The position numbers were made by a program, and so were the translations under genes. From Chiloscyllium plagiosum (Eukaryota), in the NCBI RefSeq assembly GCF_004010195.1, contig NC_057718.1, positions 21,185,612 to 21,249,611 on the forward strand: a stretch of DNA of 64,000 nucleotides, given 5' to 3'. Numbering within the stretch: position 1 is the first letter of the stretch; the number at the start of each line of letters is the position of its first letter. Of this stretch, positions 63,208 through 64,000 are shown piece after piece. Under the pieces are notes generated by a model. That model saw nothing but the letters and a program-made list of their open reading frames with translations. It did no database searches and was not told the origin of the DNA.

Positions 63208-63312
63208 TGGCACAGTATACTCTCTCTATGTCTGTGCCAGGATGGCTGGATTCAAATCCCATCTGCTCCAGAGGTGTGTCATAACATTGTCAAACAGGTT
63301 GATTAGAAAAAA
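63208..63312 (+). mobile_element. Short tRNA-derived SINE
   Basis: gtggcacagt...ggattcaaatccc...ctccagaggtgtgtcataaca...caggttgattagaaaa. Confidence 0.55.
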
Positions 63313-64000
63313 ACTATACATGCATGAGTTTATGATGTTGAGTACATGAATTACATTTCATAATCAATTGTAAAATACATGCTAGATTTAATATTAGTTG
63401 CTTTTACAGGTATCGAATATAAACTAGGTCAAAAATGTAGTCTGTACAAATCTAAACCTTTGAATTTGTATCTATTTTGTCCCTTTTAAATAAAAAAGAA
63501 TAACAATATCAATATATTTGCCTACTGCTGTGAACTCCTTCCAACATAGATTTGCATACATATCAAATGTCCTTCATTTTCATGATGCAAGATGCCAACA
63601 GTAATTTCATTCCTTTGTTAATAACATGTAATTTATGGCATCCGGCGGCTGCAGTAGTTCAGTGGCAGATTTGCATCCAAATTCTTGTTTGTTTTAATTG
63701 CTTGGGGGGGGGGGGGGGGGGGGGGAAGAGAGAGAAAATGGTTACTTAGATGCAGTAACATTTCATGACAGCTTAGGGAAGTATGCCTTTACCTTTTGAT
63801 ACTTTTAATGCTTGTGGGTAAAAATATCAAAAAAAGTGAAAAAAAGTTTTGGTTTGGAAAAATTTACACATCAAAAATGCAGTAATTGCATTTTGTCTAA
63901 TCACTTCATTTCAGGCACTTGGTGGTGCTTACTAGATGGAATCATGTTCTTATTTCTCAAAATGCATACAGAAAATGTTACAATGCTAAAAGAAAATACA

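Noticed and set aside
63704..63725. G22 homopolymer as a G-quadruplex
   Set aside because: A simple homopolymer of uncertain length that is poly-C on the transcribed strand; no supporting context.

Overview
Repeat-rich vertebrate genomic DNA, almost certainly from an elasmobranch (shark or ray), judging by the HE1/V-SINE, CR1, L2, Deu-SINE and Penelope-like repeats. The only host coding sequence I can support is one 139-bp minus-strand exon (8978-9116) of a protein kinase D gene, best matching PRKD3. The rest of the window appears to be the flanking introns: more than 54 kb upstream and about 9 kb downstream. Nearly all ORFs in the supplied track are spurious or retroelement fragments. The most striking structure is a dense set of about 20 Penelope-like element (PLE) insertions from at least three families. 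Their termini carry minimal hammerhead-ribozyme cores (CUGANGA...GAAA) with a family-specific palindromic stem III (ACGU versus AGCU). Many copies are tiny foldback units bounded by 12-16-bp target-site duplications (TSDs), and one has captured a triplicated foreign palindrome. The best-preserved ribozyme cores lie on the strand transcribed as PRKD3 pre-mRNA. There are also three hairpins or palindromes not explained by PLEs, and a candidate recursive splice site or cryptic mini-intron at 2415-2680. There is a 604-nt assembly gap at 3038-3641. Boundaries of old, degraded repeats are approximate and were assigned by eye; no database searches were run.
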